Assembly (NCBI GenBank): GCA_031835245.2
Contig: JAVKOQ020000080.1
Span: 175,554-195,553 of the forward strand
Direction: 5' to 3'
Length of the DNA stretch: 20,000 nt
Source of the DNA: Balamuthia mandrillaris
Lineage: Eukaryota
Below the pieces are notes generated by a model. The model saw only the letters and a program-made list of their open reading frames with translations, was not told where the DNA came from and searched no databases. Shown one piece after another: positions 1 to 12,461 of the stretch (positions are counted from its first letter, which is position 1; each line of letters opens with the position of its first letter). Made by a program: the position numbers and the translations under genes.

Positions 1-122
1 GGTGATGAGCTTATCAGCTTGTCCTCTCTAGCGGCAAACCAAAATGGTTCGTCAGGAGGGTGAGCACACGTGGAGGCAGCCACAAACTCCTCACACTCAT
101 GTTAGGTTCCAGCAATGTTGGC

Positions 123-3110
123 TCATGTCTCTCCGTTTTTCAGGTGTTGGCGACTTAAGTACTCCAATATCTGCAAATAGTTGTCCGTTCGTGCTTCAGA
201 ACGAGGAGGGGCATCCTCCAAAGCATGTTGTTCTGAAAGATGATCATCCTCTTCCTCAACGGGAGTGTGGCGATACTCAATCCAGTGATAAGGATTATCT
301 TCTCTACAGGAAGATCCGTCCGCGCAGAGGGGTCGGTTCTTGATTTTCCACGTATTGGGCTCAAATATGTTCATGACGGTGGAGGAGTAAGCTCCTGGCT
401 TACTAATCGTTTCATTGCCTGTACCTTCGTTTTGCTTTGGTTCCTGGCTCAATAGGATTGTCAGCAGCGCACCCATCTCTACATTGATATTATTGATAAC
501 AATGTTCCAGTCAGATCAATAGGTAATTTGTTGAGGCCACAACCAGGAAGATAGATTGGGAAAACAAGAAAAACAACTAAAAGAGGAAACACACAGAAAC
601 TTGAACACTAAAAAAGCATAACAATTGGAAAAGTACATACCTGATGTAGTTTCTCTTTTTGGAGACAGTCGGAACGCTTTCCGAACACTGGCGTGAAATG
701 AGGAACGGCGTTGTTGTAATGGTTGTGGTTGTGGTGGTGGTTTAGCTTGAATTTGTGGTTGTGGTTGTAGTTGAGGGGTTGGAGGTGGTGGCTGAAACGC
801 ACGGTGTAGAGAGGGAGGAGATGGAGGAGAAAGTCCTATGGTAGCTGAAGCAGTTGAGGTAATGCCCTGACGAGATACTTCTCCTTTGCTCCATACATGC
901 AGTGGCTGGGTCTTCTTACTGGATGGCACGCTAATGGCTTGACTTGAAGAAGGGGTAGTAGAGGTAGTTGCAGCAGCAAAAGAAGATGAAGAAAAGGCAC
1001 CTCCCAAAACGGGTGGATCGTTCAGACGGTAAGTGGTAGTAAAAGTTGATGAACGAGAAAAGTTTGGAAAGTTGGTGAGAGACACCGGCGAGGAGGGATC
1101 CTCGGAGCCAGAATCTAAGGATGTTTTTGGTGTGGCTGAAGAAGATAGAGGAGAGGGGACGGATGGGATTGAAGAGGCTTGTCGAGTAGAGAAAGAAGAT
1201 GATTTTAACCGGGGGCGTATCTTCTTGGTGCGTCGTAAACTTTCACGGTTGACCCCTTTTTCGAATTTACCAGAGTCGCTGGTCATTGTCCTCTCTTCGA
1301 TAAACGTTTGAAATAGTTGCGTTTGAGTCAGGAAATGCAAAATAGGTTGCAGTTCGATGGGTTGGCTTGCCACAAAGTTTATCCGATCGAAGCAGTCAAC
1401 TACAATGTGAGCATTGCCCCTCTCTTCTGCTGGCAGCTGCATCAGTTGCTCTTGTCGCTGACGTTCGCGCTCTGATGGAGAGATGATGAAACTGCGATAG
1501 CTAGCCAACAGGTCCACCATGAATGCCACGAAGCCGTTGGCTAAGTTCTGCATCGCTTCTTGTGGCATCTCTTTCTTATTTTCTTCAACGTCATTGTGAT
1601 TATCAGCACCAGCAAGGCTTTGCTCTTCTGTATCGACGGCGGCGTTGTTGTGGTTGGTGTTGAATTGTGTGGCAGCAGCAGCGAAGAGAGAGCCAACGGA
1701 CTTACTCTTGGTTTTTCGAGTTAAAGGTTGTGATTGATGCTGGCGGATAGAAGGGAGCTTGGCCAAAATGGCTCTGCGATGGACGTCGATGATATCATGA
1801 AGTGGGCCGACGGTGGCAGGAGGCATAAACTCCGTATCTTGAATAGTAGGAGGAGCAATGTACTTGTTGTTGTCAATGTCTATCAGGACCACGTCCTCCA
1901 TGCTGTCGCTCATGGCTCTTAGCTCCGGCACAGCAGACCGCAGCACTCCTACCACAAAAGGCATCGGTGCGCAGCAATAGGTAAGCATGCTGCGAGGAAG
2001 CACGGGAATGAAGACGTGCTGCCAGGAAAAAGGGTAGAGGAGGGCCACCATGGCTTGTACGCATGCCGACAGCGTACTGACCCCATCCGCCACAAATATG
2101 ATCCTCCTCTCCACCAGCAAGGAGGCAAAAACGGCTAACACGTTGTCAGCATCAAGATGGCGAAGCAGCGGTCCAAAGTCGACATGTTCCAGCAAAGAGT
2201 CACTGTGTTCATCCGGCCGCATGAACGTGTAGCAGCGCAGTTCATTGAGTGAAGGGGCGTGCAGGTTCACCCATACCGCTATCCGTTGTGCTGGTTTTGG
2301 CATGGCTTCCTCCCATAGCCGTCCTAACAGTTGTGAACACAAGCACACAAACTCTTTTGTTGTTGTTGTTGTGGTTTTTGTTGAGAGTGAGCTTTGAAAC
2401 GAAAATACAGAGCAGAGTCATAGAGCAGAGCGACAAAACGGAAGAGAAGAGGTGGAGAGAATGGTTCATGAACGGCAGAGGGTACCTTGTTCGGAGGGAA
2501 GGCCTTGCTCACCCAAGCGCATAACTTCGTCCAGTATTTTGGAGAAGATGGAGAAACAAGGAGTGAAGCTTAGCAAACAGAAACACTGAGGGAGTACCCT
2601 CTCCTTATTCTTTTTCTTGCTCTTTTTCTTCTTTTTGTCAGCCGTTGACCCGTCTACAGAGGAACTCTCCGAAGAAAAAGAAGAAGAAGAGGGAGAACCA
2701 AAGAGCGGCACGAAGCGACGACAATAACCCCACCGCTTTCCTCCTGTAAGGTCCGTCAGCACGAACGAGAACGTGTCGCTGTTGTGCCGTCGTTGCCGCT
2801 TGTTGGAGGAAGGAAAGCACACGTCCAGTTCTTCCTCGTTGGTCACATCTGGAAAACAAAAGTCTTTGATGAACTCCAAGCTGCTGGCCTTACTGCTCTC
2901 TCCCTCCGCTGGAAACTTGTACTTCACGAAAGGGACCAACTGCCTTCCTCCTGAGCTCTTGGTCTTCTCCTTCTCAGCGGCTTTATTGGAGGCGGAGGGT
3001 GAGTCCACTTCGTCGGCGTACTGCAGGCCAACCACCACAAAGTAGTCGAACAACCGTTGCATTGCCTCTTTGCTGCCCTTCTTCCTGTTTATCGCCCTAA
3101 AGTCCTCCAT
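123..3110 (-). CDS. DENN-domain Rab GEF (DENND2-like), ~897 aa, with C-terminal PBZ-like CCHH zinc finger. Exons 3110-2486, 2353-641, 478-123
   Basis: uDENN motifs LFDYFVVV, FCFPD, FSFVLTD..G.KRWGYCRR. Core DENN motifs LEHVDF, ERRIIFVA, PFSWQHVFIPVLP. dDENN motif TQLFQTFIEER. GT-AG introns 2485-2354 and 640-479 join the three ORFs in frame (2694 nt). Confidence 0.88.
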
Positions 3111-3197
3111 GTTTGTGCCTCCCCCTCTCCTTCGTATTTGGCCAAATAAGAAGGCGCGCTTCTCCGGCCGCTTTCAAGAAGTAGTAGCAAAACCTTG

Positions 3198-3268
3198 CTC
3201 CCTTCCTTCCTCCCTTCCTTCCTCCCTTCCTTCCTCCCTTCCTTCCTTCTGTTTTTTTTTTTTTTTTT
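3198..3268. repeat. (CTCCCTTCCTTC)x4 followed by T17, in the divergent intergenic region
   Basis: Four perfect 12-bp units at 3198-3245 and a poly-T run at 3252-3268. Confidence 0.9.
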
Positions 3269-3359
3269 CTCGCAAACCATTACTTTTCATGTCGACACGA
3301 ATGCTTGCTCCAAAAAAAAAGATAAAGTGAACAAAAAGAGAGAAAGAGAGAGGAGGGAG

Positions 3360-5702
<2,343 letters not shown>

Positions 5703-5857
5703 ATGGCAAATAAACACATGGTTATGTATGCAACATGAGTACATATTGATTAGATAGGCATAAGCTATGAGACCAAACTGGGTATCATGTTGAATGAATA
5801 CACTCGCCTTAAGTTCTTTGGGAGAACAGTTTAACATAACCAGCAAGAAAAATGTAA

Positions 5858-6139
5858 TGTCACAACCCGGCCTTGGGTTGTGCCAATCCCTCTCTCTCAT
5901 ACAATGCTCACAAAGGAGAGATAAGATTGGGGTGGTTCTTGGTTTGCTCTTATTAGAAAGACCCGCTTTGTGTGTACAGTTTCTCTCCCTATTTCTTCTA
6001 TTCTCTCTTTTTTTCCGGTTTTTCCCTGCTTTGTAACAATGACCTCTGGGAACAGTAGGGAGAAGGAATACTAAGAGATTCCGTTGATTGGCTGGCTGAT
6101 GTCATCCTAGCAATCAGACCAGGATTGCTCCGTGTGACA
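5858..6139. mobile_element. Putative solo LTR or small TIR element (282 bp)
   Basis: Begins TGTCACA and ends TGTGACA (perfect 7-bp terminal inverted repeat, TG..CA). Non-coding, with hairpins near both ends. No TSD or PBS visible. Confidence 0.5.
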
Positions 6140-6575
6140 TCTCAAGACAACAGCAACACTTGTTGGCTTGAAAGTCAATGTCATGGTGTTACAGCTTCTC
6201 CATCCCCATAGATCTTCTTCACTCCCAAGCCTCTTTCCCAGTACATCATGCCATAGTCTACTTCTTTTTCCTTGTCCTTTGCCTGTTTGCCTTTCTTGTT
6301 GTTGCCACTCGGCTGTTGCCTAGGTTGTCACAGTACAGATCTTGTTTTTTCACCTAACAGTTGTGCCACGGAGTGTATCCTTTCCATTTGACAAGGTATT
6401 CCACTAGGTTAGGGTTAGAGGCGGTTACTCAGAACCTACGGCATTCAACTCCCCATGGTCCATTCTATAAAACTCTAAGTCTATAAGTCCAACAGATAAA
6501 GTGGGGCAAAGTAGCAATTTTTTCAATTTTCTCATAGGAATAAATATATATAATCTAACTGGATATAATCATAAT

Positions 6576-6610
6576 ATCATCATCTTCATCATCATCATCA
6601 TCATCATCAT
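6576..6610. repeat. (ATC)n microsatellite
   Basis: About 11 ATC units with one interruption. Confidence 0.85.
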
Positions 6611-6878
6611 TCTCCTTTGTCTCTTTTTCTTCATCCACACAAGCGATTGCAGCAAAGAATGAATAAGAAAAAAAACAACCAAGTTTGAGTAAAATCAGGT
6701 TGTGAGGAATAACAGAGGGAGAGGAGGAAAATAGGAAAGAAAAAGTAGCACTCCATCAGAGCGCCAACAGCATAGGTGGATGAGGGAAAAGAGGAAATCA
6801 AAAAAGTCAAAATGACAAAGTTTGAAAAGCACAGAGGTGTGAAGGGAATAAAAAGGGAGTGATGCAAAATAAGGAAGC

Positions 6879-7197
6879 TGTTGGAAAACTCCAACATAGT
6901 AGCTCTTCTTTCTGCCGAGTTCTCCTTCTGCCATCAACCTGAGGAAACCTCTCATCTTTCCCTTCTCCTTTTTTTGATGTTTCCTTTTTTCTTCTTCCCC
7001 TTTTATGCTGATATTTCTTTTTCTTCTTTTATAGTTCTTTCTTTCAGTTTAAATACTGCTTCTTCTACTTTCTTTCTTTCTTCTCTGGGGACAACTTACA
7101 ACAAAATACTCTACTTGTATTCTTTACTTTAGTAAATTAAGTTCAGGTCTCGTACTTACTTTGTCTCCGCTATCATTCCCGTTCTTATTTTACAACA
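6879..7197 (+). repeat. Putative 5' LTR of old Ty3/gypsy element 1 (319 bp)
   Basis: TGTTGGAAAA...TTTTACAACA termini (9/10 inverted match). TATA-like TTTAAATA near 7048 and AGTAAA at 7131. Lies 280 bp upstream of the gag ATG. No second LTR in the window to confirm it. Confidence 0.6.
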
Positions 7198-7479
7198 TTT
7201 TTTTTTTATGACTCGTTCTGATTTACTACATATCTACTGAGTCTCACTCTACTCAAGTCATTCTTCAACTCCCTCATATAGATAGTACGCTCCTTGGCTT
7301 ATTGCTAAGGTCACTTCGCTATTCGTCGCGTTTTTGGCGCTTATTTCAAGCCCTTCCCACTCAGAACTTATCTGAGACACGCTATGGATTCAGCTACTGA
7401 GACATCAACCCAGTGTATCATATCAACTTTTGTTCATGCTTATAGGAGTTATATTTTATTTTTGGTAAGCTTCTCTACA

Positions 7480-10400
7480 ATGTCTAACCTTCCTACTTCC
7501 AGTACACCCACTGAGAAGAAGGACGGTTTGCCAAGCTTTGGTGACATAGATGTTAATGAAAACAGTTCCAAAGCTACTCTTGCTCGCCTGCTAAGGAGGA
7601 AAGCAGAACTAGCTCTTGCGATCTCCAGGCTGCCTTATCATGGGACTCTAGCAGGGAGGAAGAAGACAAGAAAAGATTTGATGACTTGTGCCACCAGAAG
7701 AGCGAACTGATGGAGATGATCAACCAACTTGCTGTGATCTGCAAGGAAGAAAGTGAGCCACTGTTCCAACTGCGGTCGAACCTGCCTTCGCAGTTTCTGG
7801 TGAACAATCTGTTGACTCCTTATGTTTCTCCCAAAGGTTCCACCTCCATGGGTGCAGTCGCACCAAAGGCGGTGAAATCTCTTCCTGTTGCGTTCTCTTC
7901 CAAATGTTTTCTGCTTCGCTCTGCCATGGAAACTTCCACAGCTGGCTCCTCTTCTGAGTGTGGTTTCACTGAACCCTCAAACAACCCAGGAAGCAAGGAA
8001 AAATATCCAAAGCTCCCCCAAAATCTTCCTACCTTCGATCTGAAGACCAAAGGAAAAGATAATCTGCTTATCTTTTCAGAGCGCTTACACTTCGCCCTTA
8101 GCAGCATGTCTTACCCAGAAAACCTCTGGCATTATGCCTTGATTTCCCAGATCAAGGATCTGTTGGCTCAGCACTGGGCTATCCAGAACCTTTGTCACCC
8201 AGAATGGCCTTGGGATAGGCTCATAGCCACTTTCCACAACCACTTTGGCAGCAGGAACCTGCAGAATGTGCTGCATACAGAGTTCTGCCACTTTTCCTTC
8301 AAACCTGGAGAGTCTGTTCGAGAATTCTCGGAGTGCTTCCAAGAGCTCATTGACCAGATGACCTGTCTGCCTCAGCTTGAAGATATTCTTGCCGTTCTCT
8401 GAAACGCTCTTCCTGAAGAACTTGTCTCAGGATTTATTTCTTCTTGCATCACCAACCCCTCTACTTCTCTGGTTGATGCCATTGGCATTGCCTTGGAACA
8501 TGAATCCGCCTTGGACGCTTGTAGTAAGAGAAAGTCCTTGAGAGTTTCCCCCCTGAGCAACTTGAGCAACAACAAAGGGGCCAAGAACAGCAAACCTTGG
8601 TGCTCTTTTCACTGTACACATGGTCATTCAGACAAGGACTGCTGAGTCCTCTCCAAGAAAAAGAGTGATGGATCCTCCTCCTCCTCTTCCTCTGCCCCTG
8701 CTACTCCTTCTGGTGCTCCTCAGCAACCAGCCGGCATCTGCTATAAGTGTGGCAAGGCCGGACATATGGCTGCTCCTCCTTCTGGTAGTGCAGCCTCCCC
8801 TTCTCCCCCTCTGGTTGCTCCTTCTTTAAACAACATAGAAGAGAATCCCTTTCAAGAGTTTGAGCAAGCCACAGCAGAGCTGTTTATGCTCGGTCTTGAC
8901 GATCATGAAGTTCCTGCCTCCGATAACCCCTCTTCTGCTCCTATTGCAGCTCCTATTATGGTTCTGGCAACCTTGAACAAGCAAAGAGTCATGGCCCTAC
9001 TCGACACTGGTGCCTCCTCTTCCTTTGTGGATCCTTCTCTTGTGGAACAGTTTTGGCTTAAAATGACCAACACTCAACAGGATGTGGTTCTGGGAGATGA
9101 TTCCTCTGCCACTGTGTCTGCCATTGCCCCTCACATTCACGTAGCATGTGGTACTCAGAAGTTCTTCCACAACTTCCTTGTCCTCAAGCTGTCCAGCTCC
9201 ACCCAAGTGATCTTTGGCCAAGACATCCTTGACAGGATCAGTATTGGTCTGTTTGGCATTCCGGTCTGTTTTCCTGGCCCCAAGCCTTTGGTGCCAGATG
9301 ACAAGAACATCACTTCTTCTGATAAGTACGTGGAGTCTCCCTTGCCTCCAGAGCTTCAAAAGGCCATTGTAGACCGTATTAAGGACTTTCTTGAAGAAAA
9401 CAGCTGTATCCCTCAAGGTCCTTCCTGTCCGCTTCCTGAGGGTACTATCTGCTTGGATACCAGTGATCACCCTTTAATATTCAAGCACCAGTATCCTATT
9501 CCAGAAGTCTGGCACTCCTCCATCAACAAGCAACTCGAAGAATGGTACCATCACAAAGTTATTATTGATGCGCCCATGGACTCGCCATGGAATTCGCCCA
9601 TTCTTTGCGTGCCCAAGAAGGATGCTAATGGTAACTGGACTTCAGCTCGTACCTGCATTGATCCACGAGCAATCAATCCTATCATTATGGATATCCACTT
9701 TCACATTCCTGGTATCCTTGCTGTTGTAGAGTATGTCATTGGGTTCTGTATTGCCAGCTTGCTAGATTTGGTCTGGAGCTTCATGCAGCTTTTTATCTTT
9801 GGGCCTCATCAAATCAAGCTCACCTGGTGTGGGTGTTGCTTCTGCTTTCATGGAGCTCCCTTTGGGGTGAAGATTGTTCTGGCCACTATGCAGCATCTCC
9901 TTGCTGCTGTGCTTAAGGACCTTGCTGATTGTGCTGCACACTACATTGATGATTGCCTCGTCTTTTCCCGCTCTGCCTCTATAGATGAGCATGTTGAAAA
10001 GCTATACTTGGTATTACGTGCCATCAATAATGCTAGTCTCTGTCTCTGTATCAAGAAGTGCCATTTTGGCTTCTTACGACTCTGACTGGTTGGGTACATT
10101 GTCTCCAGCGAGGGCTATGCTCCTGATCTGGACAAGCTTTCAGCCTTCAACAGCCTTCCTGTACCTACTACTGGCAAGCAACTTCAGTCTTATCTGGGCT
10201 TTGTCAACTTCCTGCGCAGCTTTGTGCCCCTGTATTCTCGCTTAACAGCTCCGCTAGACGCCCTACACAACATTCCAGATGTGCGACCCTTTTGGAATAA
10301 GAACTGTGATGAAGCTATCAGCGCCCTTTGCTGAATCCTTAGCTCGCCTCTGGTTCTGAGCAAGCTGGACCCCAGTCTTCCCTTTCTTGTTGGTACTGAT

Positions 10401-11041
10401 GCTTCCCAGTATGGTGTTGGTGCTGTGCTCTATTAAGAGTCTATTGATGGTATTCACTGTTATATTGCCTTTGCCAGTTGTGCCCTCAACGCTGCTCAAT
10501 GCAACTACTCTGCCACAAAATGTGAACTTCTTGCTGTGGTCTTCACCCTCCACCAGTTCTGCTGTTGGCTGTGGGACCGCCACTTTACCTTGTTCACAGA
10601 CCACAAGGCCTTATCCTATCTCTTTACAGCCAAGCATTCTTTGTTCATGCTTAATCACTGGGCCTTTTTGCTGCTCCAGTTTGACTTCGACATCATCCAC
10701 CAGTCTGGCATCCAGATGGTTTTGGATGATGTGCTTTCCCGCCTCTACCTGCCCAACTTTTGGGAGGAAGATGGTCTGGCTTCATCAGTAGTTCCAAATG
10801 ACATCAAAACCTTGGCTCCAGTAAAGAAGCAACGCAATGTTCCAAGAGTTCCTTCCTTGTCTGTGCTTGATGCCTCTCAGCATCCTCTAATTGCTCCGTC
10901 AAGAGAACTCATCTGCTACATCAAGCTGTTCTTGGACAAAACGGCCCCCTTTTCTGTGGAGGAGCAACAGGAGCTACTCTCTCACCTCCATCTCTTCAAC
11001 AAGGTATGGAACAAAGGTTTCTTCTGGCCTTCCCTTTGGGC
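7480..11041 (+). pseudogene. Degenerate Ty3/gypsy gag-pol of element 1 (Gag, protease, RT, RNase H, start of integrase)
   Basis: One frame from ~7620 after an early frameshift, with in-frame stops at 8400, 8643, 10083, 10332 and 10434. Zinc knuckles WCSFHCTHGHSDKDC and CYKCGKAGH. Protease LLDTGAS. RT SPWNSPILCVPKKD, CIDPRAIN, APFG, YIDD. RNase H TDASQYGVGAVL, NYSATK, FTDHKAL. Integrase N-terminus KGFFWPSL. Domain order PR-RT-RH-IN is Ty3/gypsy. Confidence 0.92.
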
Positions 11042-11182
11042 TGTGTATACCACTCTCCCATAATACCTATCCCTATCTCTCCTTGTATATATATCTCTTC
11101 TATTCATTTTATTAAAGGTCTTTTCCCTACGTCCATCGAGTTGGTGTCCGTTAGGTTGTTCCCCTACCGGCCTTATCACACT

Positions 11183-11195
11183 TGGCGACATCGGC
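11183..11195 (+). promoter_or_regulatory. Primer-binding site TGGCGACATCGGC, likely tRNA-Ser
   Basis: Begins TGG 2 nt after the LTR-terminal CA. Its complement GC-CGAUGUC-G-CCA has a G discriminator, as in eukaryotic tRNA-Ser. tRNA identity is inferred. Confidence 0.7.
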
Positions 11196-11303
11196 TTACT
11201 TTTTTCTTGGTAAGTTCGGTTTTCGGGTAATTAACCTATTTTGGATACTCGGGGTTTTTCGGAGGAAACTTGGAGCGCTTTTGTAGCAGTGTTCGGTGAC
11301 ACA

Positions 11304-12461
11304 ATGTCAGGAACTTCGCCGCAGACAGGTACAACACCTTCTTCTGGTACCCAGAGCGGTCCACTTTCCGGTGGTGCTATCCCTCCAGCTTCCGACACTC
11401 CCTCCCCTACTACTACAACTCTTCCAACGGACAGGCTAGACGCCATAGACCAGGCCCTCTCTGAGCTTCGCGCAAGCCAAGCGGACCATGACAAGCTCTG
11501 GGTCAAGCAGGCTAGCGGCGCTTCTTCTTTGTCTGACCGCATCGACCATCTTGATCAAAAGTTGGAAACCTTTGCAGATGTGCTCTCTAACGACGTTAAA
11601 CTAGCAAGAAAAAGCAACGATGTAGCTCTTGCAGCTCTTAACGACTCGATCTCTCGACTGCAAAATCTTCTCAAGGCCCAACTTGCGGACAAAGGACAGA
11701 AGGATGACGGTCTCGGCTCTGGGTCCAGCTCTTCGTCTACAAGCGAAGAGGAGGAAGAAAAGGAGAAGGAGAAGAGAAAAACTCTTAATCTCACGGCCCG
11801 CCGTCAAGATTTTCGACGACACACGGCCAAAAACCTTGGTGACAGCTTGGGCGATGTTCGGCTGACGCAGAGTCTGCTTACCGCAGAAACGCTGCCGACC
11901 TTCCATGGCAAGCCAAATGAGGACCCAAACATCTTTTTGACCTCGTTCGACCGCTATGCGACCGCCGCTGGCTGGAGTCATCAGGATTATATCCTTCACT
12001 TTGAAGGACAACTTCGCGATAACGCTGACGTCGTTCGCCGCTTCCTCGAGCAAGAACGAACGAAAGGTGGCGTCCTACTAACCCCCACGGAAGCGAAAAC
12101 ACAGCTTCTCAACTGCTTCCGGCATCGTGACCGAGCGACTGCTAAGATCATGACGCTTGGAAATCTTCGGATGAACGTTGATGAGTCTGTGGACGCTTGG
12201 AACTTGCGAGTGCGAACAGCGCTGCGAGAGGCTTTCCTCACGGATTTCAGCGAGACTCAGGTCTTGGAGAAGTTCGTCGCAGGAGCTGTTCCGGACCTGA
12301 AGGAGAAATTCCTTCAGCGGGAGGACATTGCTAATATGGCTGATGCCCTGAACCTCGCGAGAGACTGGGAAGGACGACGGCACGCGAAGAAGAGCTTTGG
12401 ACCATCGGTCAAGGAGCTCCCGACGAGAAAAGAACAACAACGACAGCAGTTCGGGCAATGA
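11304..12461 (+). CDS. Gag (capsid) of element 2
   Basis: First ATG of the long ORF is at 11304. Coiled-coil N-terminus. Capsid-like motifs LPTFHGKPNEDPNIFL and L.NLRM..DESVDAWN.R..KFV.G. Confidence 0.85.
   Translation: MSGTSPQTGTTPSSGTQSGPLSGGAIPPASDTPSPTTTTLPTDRLDAIDQALSELRASQADHDKLWVKQASGASSLSDRIDHLDQKLETFADVLSNDVKLARKSNDVALAALNDSISRLQNLLKAQLADKGQKDDGLGSGSSSSSTSEEEEEKEKEKRKTLNLTARRQDFRRHTAKNLGDSLGDVRLTQSLLTAETLPTFHGKPNEDPNIFLTSFDRYATAAGWSHQDYILHFEGQLRDNADVVRRFLEQERTKGGVLLTPTEAKTQLLNCFRHRDRATAKIMTLGNLRMNVDESVDAWNLRVRTALREAFLTDFSETQVLEKFVAGAVPDLKEKFLQREDIANMADALNLARDWEGRRHAKKSFGPSVKELPTRKEQQRQQFGQ

Noticed and set aside
1..343. Plus-strand ORF 44-343 and a short open frame 1-63
   Set aside because: 44-343 is antisense to the DENN last exon and has no motif. 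1-63 could be the end of a convergent gene but is too short to support.
516..640. Hydrophobic C-terminus of the 610-aa ORF as a transmembrane segment
   Set aside because: It is read-through into an intron (donor G|GTATGT at 640).
6405..6420. Telomere-like TAGGTTAGGGTTAGAG
   Set aside because: Only one perfect TTAGGG unit, which is expected by chance.
6631..7132. Phe/Leu/Ser-rich short ORFs
   Set aside because: Translations of purine- or pyrimidine-biased non-coding and LTR sequence.
8400..10436. In-frame TGA codons as programmed readthrough, selenocysteine or an alternative code
   Set aside because: They accompany many Arg-to-Cys/His changes, a TAA and deletions, and host genes use TGA as stop. 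Mutational decay explains them.
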